Below, in pieces: positions 26,720 to 41,362 of a DNA stretch of 64,000 bases. Made by a program: the position numbers and the translations under genes. Where the stretch lies: positions 71,858,001 to 71,922,000 of the forward strand of contig OX597825.1 in assembly GCA_951406725.2 (NCBI GenBank), given 5' to 3'. Source of the DNA: Octopus vulgaris (taxonomy: Eukaryota). Position 1 is the stretch's first letter. Every line of letters begins with the position of its first letter. The notes under the pieces are model-generated. The model was not told the DNA's origin, made no database searches, and saw only the letters and a program-made list of their open reading frames with translations.

Positions 26720-27133
26720 AGGTGCACGAGTGGCTGTGTGGTAAGTAGCTTGCTAACCAACCACATGGTTCCGTGTTCAGTCCCACTGCGTGGCATGGCA
26801 TCTTGGGCAAGTGTCTTCTTCTATAGCCCCGGGCCGACCAATGCCTTGTGAGTGGATTTGGTAGACGGAAACTGAAAGAAGCCTGTCGTATATATGTATA
26901 TATATGTATATGTGTGTGTGTGTTTGTGTGTCTGTGTTTGTCCTCCTAGCATTGCTTGACAACCGATGCTGGTGTGTTTACGTCCTCGTTACTTAGCGGT
27001 TCGGCAAAAGAGACCGATAGAATGAGTACTAGGCTTACAAAGAATAAGTCCCGGGGTCGATTTGCTCGACTAAAGGCGGTGCTCCAGCATGGCCGGAGTC
27101 AAAATGACTGAAACATGTAAAAGAGTAAAAGAG
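26720..27133 (+). mobile_element. SINE family B, full-length copy with internal (TA)/(TG) tract
   Basis: tRNA-like head (TGGCTGTGTGG, GTTCAGTCCC), CORE-like CTTGGGCAAGT, and a tail ending AGTAAAAGAG. Matches the 61535 copy. Confidence 0.92.
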
Positions 27134-27134
27134 T

Positions 27135-27203
<69 letters not shown>

Positions 27204-27373
27204 GAGGCGCGTAGCTTAAAGGTTAGGGTGGTGGAATTATGATCGTAAGATTGTGGTTTCAGTTCCTGGAACCGATGCTCTAGTCCACTCAGCTGGCAAA
27301 AATGCGTAATCATGCGACGAACCAGCGTTCCGGTCAGATGGTGGAAAATATACGCCATGAAACCGGGAAACAC

Positions 27374-27433
<60 letters not shown>

Positions 27434-27471
27434 ACCTTATGAGTTGGCGTGACTCAGGAAGGTAACTTTAC

Positions 27472-27523
<52 letters not shown>

Positions 27524-27722
27524 TATATTAAAATATGTATGCGGTTGTATAAAGTATATATATATATCACTAAATAATTAGTATATATGTATGTACGTAT
27601 GTATGTATGTATATAAGTACATCTATCTATATATATACGTATACATACATACATACACTTAAATATGTATATGTAAGAATATATACTTATATAAGTATAT
27701 ATATGTGTATGCATATATATTT

Positions 27723-27829
<107 letters not shown>

Positions 27830-27919
27830 GTATTTGCCATGATAGATAGCTAACCACTACACATTCTTTATTTTTTCTATTTTCTCTCCTTGTTTCTTTC
27901 TGTGTTCCTTTCTGTGGAA

Positions 27920-27948
27920 CTGAGGAAGAGCGTAGGCTCGAAACATTA
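27920..27948 (+). ncRNA. minimal hammerhead-like motif, Penelope-like
   Basis: CTGAGGA-A-GAGC-gtag-GCTC-GAAA-CA-TTA. Same architecture as the 23220 motif; stem I is poor. Confidence 0.45.
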
Positions 27949-28041
27949 AACACTTTTTCACCTCTCTAACTTTAAACTAATACATTTGTTTGTTGTCTAC
28001 TCCACCTGCCTTCGTCTTTTGTTTTTGTGTGAACTCTCCCC

Positions 28042-28107
<66 letters not shown>

Positions 28108-28350
28108 CAAATTAGAGATAAAACCACTATTAGGCAAATCAAACAGTGAAAAACATAAACCAAACCATAAAAATGAAAATAATTAATATAATATACAAAA
28201 TATATCAAATATAACATTTAAAAATTAAAATTATTTAGATTTAAAATAAAAATCATTAATTTATATTTATAAATTTTAAAAAAAATAAATATATATAACT
28301 ATCAGAAAGTATTAAAAAAATTAATATAAGATAAAAAGTAAAACCACTAC

Positions 28351-28426
<76 letters not shown>

Positions 28427-28534
28427 ATATATATATATATATCGCATACACACATACATGCATATGTGTTTATATTTGTACGTGTACATCATTATATATA
28501 ATAATGATATATTATTTAAATATATCTTTTGGCT

Positions 28535-28696
28535 CTTTACTTGTTGCAGTCATTAGACTGATGCCATGCTGGGGCACCAGCCTGAAGGATCGACCCCAGT
28601 ACTTTTTTTTATCTTCGCAAAGTCTCTTTGGCCAAACCGCTAACTTACAGGGACGTAAACATACAAATACCGGTTGTCAAGCGGTGGTGGAGTACT

Positions 28697-28737
<41 letters not shown>

Positions 28738-28945
28738 GCTCACACACACGCGCGCGCACACGCATGCACGCAAACACACACACATATCCGACGGGCTTCG
28801 TTCAGTTTCTGGCCACCGAATCCACTCGCAAGACTTTGGTCGGCCCGAGGCTATAGTAGAAGACACCCTGAGATGTCATGCAGTGGGACTGAACCTGGAA
28901 CCATGTAGTTGGGAAGCAAATTCCTTACCACACACGTGTGCATGT
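28535..28945 (-). mobile_element. SINE family B copy
   Basis: Reverse match to the 26720 copy. Partial copies also at about 5840-6050, 10030-10230, 22650-23020, 30675-31345, 35170-35370, 58110-58330, 61150-61370 and 63434-63580. Confidence 0.8.
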
Positions 28946-28973
28946 GTGTTTGTTTACTTGCGTGTGTCAGTAA

Positions 28974-29040
<67 letters not shown>

Positions 29041-31621
29041 GGCACACACACACACATCATGCATAATGAATTCTCCTATTTAATAATTATGGCGCTTTGT
29101 GAGTAGCATGTGAATGCTTCATATAATAATTCATACGTAAAATTTCATTGGCTGTTCTATAATTTAATTAACATTTTAAATTCTTGTTGACTGAGTTAAA
29201 TGCCAGAAAGAAGGAGGAAAAAGTAGAAAATAAAATAAGATAAAATAAAATAAAATAAAATAAAATATCCACGGTTAACTATCTTCTGATGAATCTTTTT
29301 TTTTTACTATACAGAACAGGTTGCTTGGAGTCAACCTTAATTTATTTAATAAGCGGCATTCGTGAAAATTTACTTTCATCAATCAGAAATTAAGAATAAT
29401 AAAATAAAATAAAATAAAATAAAAAAGTTGCTTTTCTTGTTTAGCCCCAGGTCAGCCCTGTTGGAAAAAAATCTATGATCAAAAAGCTTTTTGGCTGTGT
29501 AGCGGTTATGGTTTTACATTCAGGCACAGTGTATCTAGATGCGCATTAACTAATATGATCTTTCTTTTGAATAAGACAGTAGGGTATAGTTTCAGAAATA
29601 CTTAGCTATTATTTTATTGTTATAGCAACTCTAGCAGCCACGTTGGGGACATTATTCGTCTCCTTATCTTCATTCCATCATCTTCCACCTTGGGTGTCTG
29701 TAGTTGGATTTAGGATTTACTCTTTGGCAAATATTCAAGCCAGTTCTCTGGTTTGAGAGTACCTGCCTCCCTCTTTCCGTCCTCTCCCCGACCTTTCGTC
29801 CATCCCTCTGTCCCGCCGTTCAAGAATTTGGACCTGGAGATCGCCATTTCCAACGACTTTGAGGGCCACCTCCCAGTGGTGTCGGGCGTCAACGAAGAGC
29901 CCTCGACTACAACAAGACGACCAAAGTTTTTATTTTCCAAGGTCTGGGGCCTCCCGCCTTTAAGCCCTAGACCATCACCTAATCACCCTTACCCGTCTTG
30001 TTGCTTAACAACAACAACAATCCCTCTGTCCCTCCATCCGTCCCTTCGTGCCTCCCACCAAACCTCCCACCTACAACCTTCGAAAACCTTGTTAAGCGTC
30101 ATGGGTAGAGCTTACTATCCTGACTGAAAGAGAAATATATAATTGAAAAAAATAAATAAAAAAAAAAAGAATTGAAACTCCTTCGTTGGTTCACAAACAG
30201 ACAGGTTGCTAATCAAACCTTGATCAATTATATCGACTCCAGTACTTTGTCTGGTATACTACATATTTTATAACGTCTAGAAATGTAAGGAAATGCTAGG
30301 AACGCAAGATCAACTTTGGTGTGAATTGAACTCCGAATGTAATGGGCCGTAACTTAATGTAAAGTATGTTGTCCAACAGTCGACTGAATCAATAATATGA
30401 GATGTTCAATCTCTTTTCTGCTATTTCGCGCTTCTTTTTAAATAAAATACATTAATAATATTGTTATTTACCTGTCGAGGAGAAGGAAGAATTATTAGCG
30501 GCATTTCGTCCGTCTTCACATTCAGAGTTCAAATTCTTCTGAGGTCCACTTCGCCTTTCATTTTTTTGGGGTTGATAAAAAAATATACCAGTTGAACACT
30601 GGTGCCAATATAATCGGTTTCCTTCCCCAGAAAACGCTGGCCTTATATCAGTATCTTAACCAATATTATCTTTAATCTGTTTCAGTCATTAGACTGTGGC
30701 TATGCTGGTGCACCACAGTCTGGAAGGGTTTTAGCCGAATAAATCGACCCCGTTACTTAACATCTGAAGTCTGTTACTTGTTCTATCAGTGTCTTTTTGT
30801 TCAACCGCTAAGTTACGATGACGTAAACAAAGCAACGCCAGGTGTCAAGTGGTGGTTGCGGGCACACACATAAACTCCGCCTGACAAATTGCTAATAGGA
30901 AATTCCTTATATGTAGATATAACATGTAAATCTTTCTAATTCTTATTAGCAAATGAAACACGTATGAAAGAGAATAAATAATACCTAAAAATTTCCATTT
31001 TCCTGTTCTGGTTTATACGCGCGCGCACACACACACACACAGATAACAGGCTTCATTTAGTTTCCGTATGTATGTAGACGGAAACTGAATGAAGCCTGTC
31101 AGTCCACCACTATCGTAGAGGGCAAATATATATATGTGTATCTTTCATATCTTATATATATGCATATGCATATATATATATATGTATAATTATATATATT
31201 TATAATAAACACACACACACACACATGCACACACACACACACACACACACACATGCACATAAGCCAAAGGTGTCACGCAGTAGAACCGATCCCGGAATCA
31301 TGAAATTGAGAAGCAAACTTCTTACCACGCAGCCACGCCTGCGCCTAATTATCTTTGTCCAAATATTTCGATCGATTAATCAAATGAGAGTTTTTGCTAT
31401 TTTAAAAATATCTCTAACGGAAGAGCTTTTCTGCAAATTGCTTGGTTAATTCTGTTTCACATAAGATTTTCGATTCTCTATATAGCCCCTTTTCATATCT
31501 ACAAGTATCGGTGATGATGGACCTGCATGCCAAAGTCAGATGATATATGGGGCCTCTTAAAAAGATAGATAGGTAAAGGCCCCTTCAATCATGAATGGCC
31601 ATGGGATTGCACCTGCATGTA

Positions 31622-31970
<349 letters not shown>

Positions 31971-32459
31971 ATATATATATATATAGCTTGGCACCTGTGA
32001 CGTCGCAATTCATTCCTACAGCCGAGTTAAATACAGTGTCTTGCTCAAGAACACAACACGCAGCCCGGTCCGGGATTCGAACTTGCAACATCTCGATCGT
32101 AAGCTCCACACTCTAACCACTGAGCCATGCGACTTCACACTCGACAATATAACAATGTATATATTTGTTTGTTTGTTTGTTTGTTTGTTTGTTTGTTTGT
32201 ATGTATGTATGTATGTATGTATGTATGTATGTATGTATGTATGTATGTATGTATGTATGTATGTATGTATGTATGTATGTATGTATGTATGTATGTATGT
32301 ATGTATGTATGTATGTATGTATGTATGTATGTATGTATGTATGTATGTATGTATGTATGTATGTATGTATGTATGTATGTATGTATGTATGTATGTATGT
32401 ATGTATGTATGTATGTATGTATGTATGTATGTATGTATGTATGTATGTATGTGCGTGTG

Positions 32460-32762
32460 AACTGGCACTCCGTCGGTTACGACGATGCGTCTTCCAGTTG
32501 TTTCGATCAACAGAATAGCCTATTCGTGGAAGTGGCCGAGTACTCTACAGATACGCGTAGCCTTAACGTGATTCTCAGAGAGACTCAGCATGACACAGAA
32601 TATGATAAGGTTGGCTTTTTTGAAATACAAGCGCTACTCATATTTTGCCAGCTGAGAGGGCCGGTGCAACGTGAAATAAAGTGTCTTGCTCAAGGACACC
32701 ACGTACGGCCACGTATTGAACTCCCGATCTTACGATCGCGAGCCGAATAGTCTAACCTCTAA
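32460..32762 (-). mobile_element. older family C-related SINE (tail type 3)
   Basis: Shares GCACTCCGTCGGTTACGACG with the 49966 copy. Related heads at about 27201(+), 31988-32137(-) and 34657(+). Confidence 0.7.
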
Positions 32763-32776
32763 CCCACACACGCACG

Positions 32777-32814
<38 letters not shown>

Positions 32815-32861
32815 CACACACAACACAAACATAAATACATACACACAAACGATTATCCATA

Positions 32862-32936
<75 letters not shown>

Positions 32937-34851
32937 ATTGATTGCATTGGAATACATGAAAATCTCGTGTCGTTCTCAGCGCAAATGGAATATATATGTT
33001 TTAAGAAATCACTTAATGCTCTGTAAAAAGGATAATTAGCTGGTCGCCCATGTTATCTATCTCAAACGGTGTCATTTATCGGTAATTACTTATAATAAAA
33101 ACGAAGCAGTCATTTAATGACATTCAGAAATATATTGAGTGCTGTCAATGAAAATGGGTTTCTCCCATGTCATAAATGTGAACAGATACTCCAGTGCTTT
33201 ATTCGAAATCTGTTGCTCTTTAAAAGATAATCGGAATATTCAGCGCTGATGTAGAGATTAAAGTAGATTGCAGAAAATTACCTAAATGGGAGCCGAATGC
33301 TGCTGTTGTTGCTATCGCTGCTGCTGTTGCTATCGTTGCTGTTGCTGCTATTGCTGTTGTTGCTGCTGTCGTCTTCTTCCATTCAGGACTCACGCCATTA
33401 GCCACAAAGAATAATCTCTAATTCGAGCCTACTCTAAGCTACTAAGAATGCGTGCGGCAACTTGAAGATCCACCCACCACACGCGATAGACTGGCGGTTG
33501 CACGGGCGCGAAAGCTACGTTGTTATCCTCATTCCGTAAACGGTGGCTTTTAACGGGTGGAGAGCTGAACCATCGTGGGGTACAGGGGATTCGCAATCTA
33601 GACTAGGGTTTGAAAGTTTACCACACCATAGTGGGTTACACCATAGTTCCTCTGCTTTGTGGCAACAAAATCTTACATGGAATCCCAAGGCTCAAATGGA
33701 CTCCGGTTGGTAACCACTAACTTAGCTGAATGACGCCACCAGGCAACAAGAAGAAAGAGGAGGCGGGACGTATTTATGTGAACACCGCCTCCTCAATCGC
33801 TTCAATGTTTTGTTTTCTTATCATGATTTGTTATTTTATTTAAAAAATCATTTTGTGCTTGGCTATTGACAAACGGCATTGTTTTAATGCTATGTCCTGC
33901 CTTGATGGCGGTGATGGTAGTGGTGTTTGTGGTGGTAGGGTTGGTTTGGTTGTGACGGTGATGATGTGAGAAAGAGAGAGATAGACAGAGAAAGTGTGTG
34001 TGTGTGTGTGTGTGTGTGCGTGTGTGTGTGGGTGTTTGTGTGTGTGTGTGTTTCGAGAGATCTTAGAATGCATAAGCTTTGATGGACGATAGGTCGAGAA
34101 AGAACAGAGAAAAAGTTGAGAGAGAAAATCTGAGAGACAAGAGTTGGGAGAGAGAGAGAGGGGGAGGGGGAAGAGAGAATATCACAGAAAAGGAAAAAGA
34201 AAGGGTGAGAAGAGAGAAAACCAGAGTGAAGAGGATATGTGTTTGTGTGTGTACACGTATGTGTGTATGTGCACATATGTGAGCGTGTTTAAGTGTGTAT
34301 GCGCGTGTGTGTGATTATCCGTGTGTGTACGTGTGTGGGAGAGAGAGAGAGGCCGAAAGTGAGGCAGAGAAAGAGAGACAGAGACAGACAGAGAGGCAGG
34401 AGAGGGAGGGGGAAGGAAAGAAGCAAAAAGAGAGGCGTGGGAAGAAGAGAATCAAAAGAAGAAGGAGAGAGAGAGAGAGAGAGAGGAAGCGATAAAGAGG
34501 AGAGGGCGATAGAAAGAATGGTGAGAGAAGAATATGCAAAGAGAAAAACAGAGTAACAAGGATAGATGTGGAAAGCGAATGAACGAGCTACAAGCAATTA
34601 AGCCAGAGTAAGATATGTAATTACATAACGAATATTGAGCCTGTAGACTATCTGAGGTGGAGGCGCAATGGCCCAGTGGTTAGGGCAGCGGACTCGCGGT
34701 CGGAGGATCGTGGTTTCGATTCCCAGACCGGGCGTTGTGTGCGTTTATTGACTGAAACAGTTAAAAGATAAAATACACACACATGCCACCCCCCACACAA
34801 ATATATAAGTATATGTGCATATATATGCATATATATGTATATATATATATA

Positions 34852-34896
<45 letters not shown>

Positions 34897-34986
34897 ATAT
34901 ATGTATGTGTGTGTGTGTGTGTATATATATGTGTGTGTGTATGTATATATATATATATACACACACACACACATATATATATACAT

Positions 34987-35021
<35 letters not shown>

Positions 35022-35556
35022 CGTACACACATATACATACATATATACAGGCATACAAAATGAAAGGTAGATTGACTGACGAAACAAAAAAATTACGAAA
35101 GGTATTTCTCAAAATGAATTGGCAGAACATGACAAGGACACCCTAGAATTCACTTACAGCTCTTCCCTATGTGTTTATTTCTGTATTTGTATTTGTGATC
35201 CACCGCTGCTTCTCAACGAGTGTTGGTTTATTTACGTTCCCGCAACTTAACGTTTCGGCAAAAGGAGAGCGATTAAATAATTACCAGTCAATACTGGAGT
35301 CCATTTGTTCGACTGAATCATTGAAGAAGGTGCCCCAGCATGGCCACAGCCTAGTTACTGATAAAAGATATACGCATGTATGACGTTTCTACGTGTTTTA
35401 TTTAAGCTCTTTTTAAGAGAGTTCAAGCCGGTCGCTAACAAAGCGACAAGACTTTTCGAGTTAAGAGAGTTCCAGGTGTTTGGAAATATGCTGTTGAGTT
35501 GGTGTGTAGGTTGAACTGCCAATGCATACACCAAAGTGTGTGCATCTATTCACACA

Positions 35557-35588
<32 letters not shown>

Positions 35589-35982
35589 TCTATATCTGAC
35601 TGAAGTATCGTCTTCTAAATGTTTTGCGTTCTTGTACCAGATTGTATTTTTTTACATATATATATACGAGCAAAACGCCCTCCGTCCAATGGACTGTGCT
35701 GAATCATATCTGCTGAATAAAAAGCAATCAGTGTTTTCTTTTCATTAAAAAATAATTAAGCATGCCTTTATTTCAATTAAATTTTTGGTTTTGTTAAACG
35801 AACTTAAGGCAAAAAAAAAAAAAACTTCTTGAGAAATCAAATAGTCTTTCCTTCCTTCATGCCAAGTTTGAAGAAAATATCTCTTTTGCACCTTACTTTT
35901 TGGTCTCTTAAATATTCTGCATTTTGTGACATTATTTCAAGCCAGCCAGCTTTTTTTGCGCAAACTGCAGGTGCGTTTTTCT

Positions 35983-36090
35983 CGCGTACAAATGTACTTG
36001 CGCGTACAAATGTACTTGCGCGTACAACTGTACTTACGCGTACAACTGTACTTACGCGTACAACTGTACTTACGCGTACAAATGTACTTA
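35983..36090. repeat. 18-bp minisatellite, 6 units, CGCGTACAA(A/C)TGTACTT(G/A)
   Basis: Six contiguous units counted; each contains the dyad GTACA-nn-TGTAC. Confidence 0.95.
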
Positions 36091-36287
36091 CGCGTAAAAA
36101 TTCCCGTTCCCACGGCTTTATCGATCGCGTTCTCACCTGGAATCGATTTTTGTAATGTTTTCAAGACTTATACTCGCCCTGATACCGTCGGTATCTACAT
36201 ATCAAATTAGAGCGCAATCGGATGGAGGATGCCCGAGATCCTAGAAGACACACACAAAGACAGACAGAACGGATTTTATATAATAGA
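35983..36287 (-). mobile_element. non-autonomous Helitron-like element (5' end plus minisatellite)
   Basis: Starts A|TCTATTATATAAAATCCG on the minus strand and shares about 200 bp with the 41134 copy. No 3' CTAG was found. Confidence 0.7.
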
Positions 36288-37061
36288 TATATATCAGTGG
36301 CAACTCCGGCACTCGAGCATTCCGAGCTTAGTCCGATGTTAAACTTAAAATGAACGTGTATTTGCATGCTGATTTAGTTTCTGCCAACACTGACTTCAAG
36401 TATATAATTGCAGCCAATAACTCGGGCTTCTTTTATTGAGCCTGGTCGCAATTCATTTAATTTCGTTCAGTGTCTGGCGGTCGTCCTAGAGGTGCCCTAT
36501 GTCAAAATATATCATTCGTTGCAGACGGTCTCTCGACATCGTTCACACGCGCCTGACTCGGGCTCAGAAGTTACAGCCCCTGTTGTTATCTATAATCGTA
36601 CAAATTAAAGGTAATGCAAATTCAATGTTTTCTTCAAACAATAAATTTCTATAGAGATTAGGATTTAAATTCCAATCTATGAAAACGTTCTACAATATTC
36701 TTAAAGTATCGAAAAATTATCCAGTAACTCGGTCTAATACGAACGAACCTGGTAGGTGTAAAAATATTAACTGGCATCTTTTATCAAGAGTACAGGTGAC
36801 AGATCGTTTATGTTTGTTGTGCACTCCGCTGTAGGTATTTGATTGCTGTTGTTCTGTGCATCTGTGTGTAAAGATCAGTTGTGTTTTGCAGGGTTGCTTT
36901 ATTTTCACCCTTAACTAAGAAATGGAGAAAGACATAATGCTAGATATATAAAAATAAACCATCTGGGGCTAGAAATATTGCGGAAGAACGTGAAATTCTT
37001 GGAGCAGGCATGTGTCTTATGCGAAATCTGTGCCCGAGTGACGCGGACAACCTAGCGTCGC

Positions 37062-37100
<39 letters not shown>

Positions 37101-37911
37101 TGTACGGATGTATATATGCATAACAACACCAGTAAAGAAACCTTTGTCGCTGATGATGATAATGATGACGATGACGACAACGATGATTTTTTTCTGTTTT
37201 TGTTGTTCTTGTATTTGTTTTAGTAATTGTTTTTAGTTTATTTTGTCTTTCGTCTTTGTTTTTGCTTTACTTTTTGTTTTCTTTTGGGGGTTTTTGTTGT
37301 TACGTACGTAACATCAATAAGATGGAGAAAGAATTTGCCATTGCTTGCAGAATTGAATTAAATTTATGACTATTTTTAATTAGCATTCAACAAGCTTCTT
37401 TCGTTCGAAATATGATTCTTGATTAATTATGATTCGTGTTTTTCAAGAAAATATTTCCTCAAATTAATTACACAGATCCTCTAAGTTGTTTGATTATCAT
37501 ACTACCAGATTCGATTTATCGCCTTCGTCACAAGATTTGCTTCACTAATAAATTCAGACAAAATTATTTGTTTTCATTTCTTCTTGCTCTTCTTTTCCTT
37601 TTCTGCCTCTGTCTCCCTCCCTCCCTCCCTCCCTCTGGCTCTTTCTCATTCCATAGGTTTCTGTTCTATCGCTTTATTCCTTCTTTCTCTCTTTCCCAAT
37701 AATTTGAAATATTAGTTATTAATTTTGAATGTTTTCGTCGTTTCTCTGGGTTTCAAAAACTAATTTCTCCACTGATCGTTTTAAGTTAATTAATTCTTAA
37801 TTAAAATGTATTTATTTGCACAAAACTGAAACAAGCAGTAAAAATTTCTTCTTCTTCTTCTTCTTCTTCATTTTCTGGTAATGATAATAACGACAACAAC
37901 AATAATAATAA

Positions 37912-37950
<39 letters not shown>

Positions 37951-39865
37951 GTATTAGTATTATTATCAAAATTGTGTGCGAGTTATAATTTGTTTAATTA
38001 AAACTCATCTGAAAACTACAGTTATAATCACAAGCTCTTAAATGAATTAAGATTTGTTGGCAAAAATGTCGGATTTACAAAGACAAATATTGTTTATACG
38101 AAGATGAAGAGAAGGTACTGGAGGGGAAGGGGTGCATGTTAGTATTTTTGATATTGCTGTTGTTGTTTAGCCTCAGGTAAGCCACAGTTAAATAAGTGAT
38201 TTTATCATCAGAAGCGCTCCAGTCACAATCATCCCGGTGCTTTTGCACATTTTGGAGTATATTGCTCAATGTATCTTTAGTCTCTTGAGAACAGTGAAGT
38301 GTGATTTAAGAAGAAATAGTTGATATTTCTGGTAGGTGAGACACTCTCCAAGATATTCCTCCGTTGACTCAAGATGGGAAAGTGAATATCATAAACCATT
38401 TGTTCATTAACTTATTTAAGCCTTTTTCTCGCTATGGATCATAGGCTGTAGACGACTTTTCTCTATTGTTCTGGATTCTGGGCTGTCTTTTCTACTGCTC
38501 TCCGTTTAAATTCTAGCTTTGCCAGCTCTGCTCCCGTATATCGCTTCCAGTTTTTTCAGCGTATCCTTTCTTTTGACCCACCTCCTCTTGTGGGTTTCAG
38601 GTCAGGGCTTGGCGTGTAATGCAAGATGTCGGTTTCCTCCTTTTGGATTTTACCGCACCGTGTCATGTTTCACTGAAGGAAAAAATTTCCCCTCCTATAT
38701 CTGATTTGTTGAGAATTGTCATCGATGCTTCTTCAACATGTTTTCTACGTAGGTGCTGGAAAAAAGCTGATACATATTAGCCTAGCCCCTATCCTTTCAC
38801 TTATCCCATATGGTAGGCCCCAGCAGAAATTTGCGCTCCGCTGGCATAACTTACAGGATCAAAGACACAAACCAGCCCCACACTGCAACAAGAACTGGAA
38901 TTTTGTGGTGAATACGTTCATAGCTTCTATTTCTACGTATGGCAGATTTGCTAGAATGTCGGACAAGAGTGTTTATTAGTATTTTTTTTCGTTTAGCTTC
39001 ATGCCGTTACGTTCTGATTTCGAATCCTGACCAAGTCGTCTATATCTCTCACCCTCCTAATCTCAATAAAATACGCACCAGTCAAGTACTAGAGAAGCTG
39101 ATCCAATCGACCTCATCTTTGGCGATGATGTTCTAATATGGCCACTGTACAATGATTAGAAAAACAGAAATAATAAATGAGTTTCGTATTTGCTTTGCAA
39201 GTTTTTTGATGATTGGAACTCGTAAGTTAAAGCAAATTTTGTTGTATCTCGGGAAATTGCCAATCATAAATACATGCACTGGTTCTATTACACTTCTTCA
39301 TTTTTTATTTGTCGATTAATCGACCGTTCGTTTAATCGTTTAGGTTTTTCAAACATCTTTCGTCGGAATACGTGACCTCATCAATGATTGACACAATGAC
39401 CGTCCCAAGATATAGTAAAATGATATAAAAGAGAGTCAAATGCGGAGTCAATTGGAATGAAGAATTGTGTATAGAGGCAAAAATTAACGGAATACCATTT
39501 ATATAGTGTCCCTTGTCTAGCATACAAAAATTAAAGTGATTTGTCTTTGTGGTACCCACTTGCAGTCATGTGGGCTGGATCATTGTACCCTATTGTTTTG
39601 CCCCTCTTTTATCTTTTACGTGTTCCAGTCATTGCAATGCGGCCATGCAGGAGCACCGCTTTAAAAGGTTTTGGTCAAACTCTAGTACTTATATTAAGTA
39701 ATGATGAACGTAAGAAATCCATATTGCGCATTTGTTCTAATGCGTGGTGAAAGCCGAAGTACAGCAGGTAAACTACTAAGATTACAGTAACGTAATTTTA
39801 AAATTCAGGTTTAACTTCGGTGCCTTTGCGAAAGATTTTGTTGCACAATATCAATATTGCCATAA

Positions 39866-40468
39866 GGCGGTGAGCTGACAGAAACGTTAGCACGCCGGGC
39901 AAAATGCTTTGTGGCATTTCGTCCGCCGCTGCGTTCTGTGTTCAAATTCCGCCGAGGCCGACTTTGCCTTTCATCCTTTCGGGGTCGATAAATTAAGTAC
40001 CAGTTACGCACTGGGGTCGATGAAAACGACTTAATCCCTTTGTCTGTCCTTGTTTGTCCCCTCTATGTTTAGCCCCTTGTGGGCAATAAAGAAATAAGAA
40101 ACGTTAGCACGCCGGGCGAAATGTTTAGCTGTATTTCGTCTGCCGCTACGTTCTGAGTTCAAATTCCGCCGAGGTCGACATAGCCTTTCATCCTTTTGGG
40201 GTCGATTAAATAAGTACTAGTTACGTACTGGGGTTGATATAATCGACTTAATCCGTTTGTCTGTCCTTGTTTGTCCTCTCTGTGTTTAGCCCCTTGTGGG
40301 TAGTAAAGAAATAGGTATTTCGTCCGTCCTCACATCCGGGATCGATTTTGCCTTTCATCCTTTCGGGGTCGATAAAATAAATACCAGTTGAACTTTGGCG
40401 TGGATGAGATCGACTTAACCCCACCCCCAAAATTACTGGCCTTGTGTCAAAATTTGAAACGAATATTA
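39866..40468 (+). mobile_element. three head-to-tail family A SINE copies ending about 90 bp before exon 2
   Basis: A full copy to about 40097, a 5'-truncated copy to about 40315, and an internally deleted copy with the older tail. Confidence 0.88.
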
Positions 40469-40559
40469 ATACAGACCCTATGTATGAAATGTGGAAGTTT
40501 TGTGTCTGAAAGAATATAACGTCAAATTATAGCATTTCTTCATTTTACATATTTTGTAG

Positions 40560-40768
40560 CATATCCAGTACTTTTACCAAATGTACAAAGCTGCCATAGT
40601 TCTGACCAAATTCCTTTAACAGCCAAACGGAAGCGCCGCCATCGGACTATATTTACTGAAGAACAACTGGAACAGTTAGAAGCGACCTTTCAGACGACAC
40701 ATTATCCTGATGTTTTACTCAGGGAGAAGCTTGCTATGGAAGTTGAACTCAAGGAAGAACGAATCGAA
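40560..40768 (+). CDS. gsc: goosecoid coding exon 2 (homeodomain residues 1-46)
   Basis: Acceptor ttttgtAG at 40558-40559. Translates [69 protein letters not shown]. Donor GTAAGC at 40769. KRRHRTIFT is the Gsc N-terminal arm. Confidence 0.96.
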
Positions 40769-41133
40769 GTAAGCTGTGTTTTATCTCTACTAATCTTCCT
40801 GTTCCCTCCCCACTTTATCGTATTCTTTCTCTGTTTTCATTTTCTTATTTAAAACTTCAAAACGATCAAATAATAGTGTTCGACTACAAATATCTCTTAA
40901 GCAACACCAGTTCAAATTCCGCCGAGGCCGACTTTGCTTTTCATCCTTTCGGGGTTGATAAAATATGTACCATTTGAGCATTGGGTTCGGTGTAATCGAG
41001 CTTGCATCCTCCTTGAAATTACTGGCCTTGGGTCAAAATTTGAAACTACAGCTTACATAAAAAAAGACTAATGACTAATGCTATTATCTGTATAAAAACA
41101 AAGTTATCAGTTCTTAAATTTTATTTGAAAATA

Positions 41134-41362
41134 TTTATTATATAAAATCCGTTCTGTCTGTCTGTGTGTTTGTCTTCTAGGATCTCGGGCATCCTCCATC
41201 CGATTGCGCTCAAATTTGATTTGTAAATACCGACGGTATCAGGGCATGTATAAGTCTTGAAAAAATTACAAAAGTCGATTCCAGGTGAGAATGCGATCGA
41301 TAAAGCCGTGGGAACGTGCATTTTACGCGCAAGTACATCAGCTGTTGCGATGTACTTACTAG
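41134..41362 (+). mobile_element. complete non-autonomous Helitron-like element in intron 2
   Basis: 5' A|TTTATTATATAAAA (TC in the sister copy), 3' hairpin AAGTACATC-9nt-GATGTACTT (41331-41357), then CTAG|T. No TSD seen. Confidence 0.75.

Noticed and set aside
35983-36090. CRISPR-like array
   Set aside because: Contiguous units with no spacers, no cas genes, and a eukaryotic context. The same applies to the 185-bp array at 21106.
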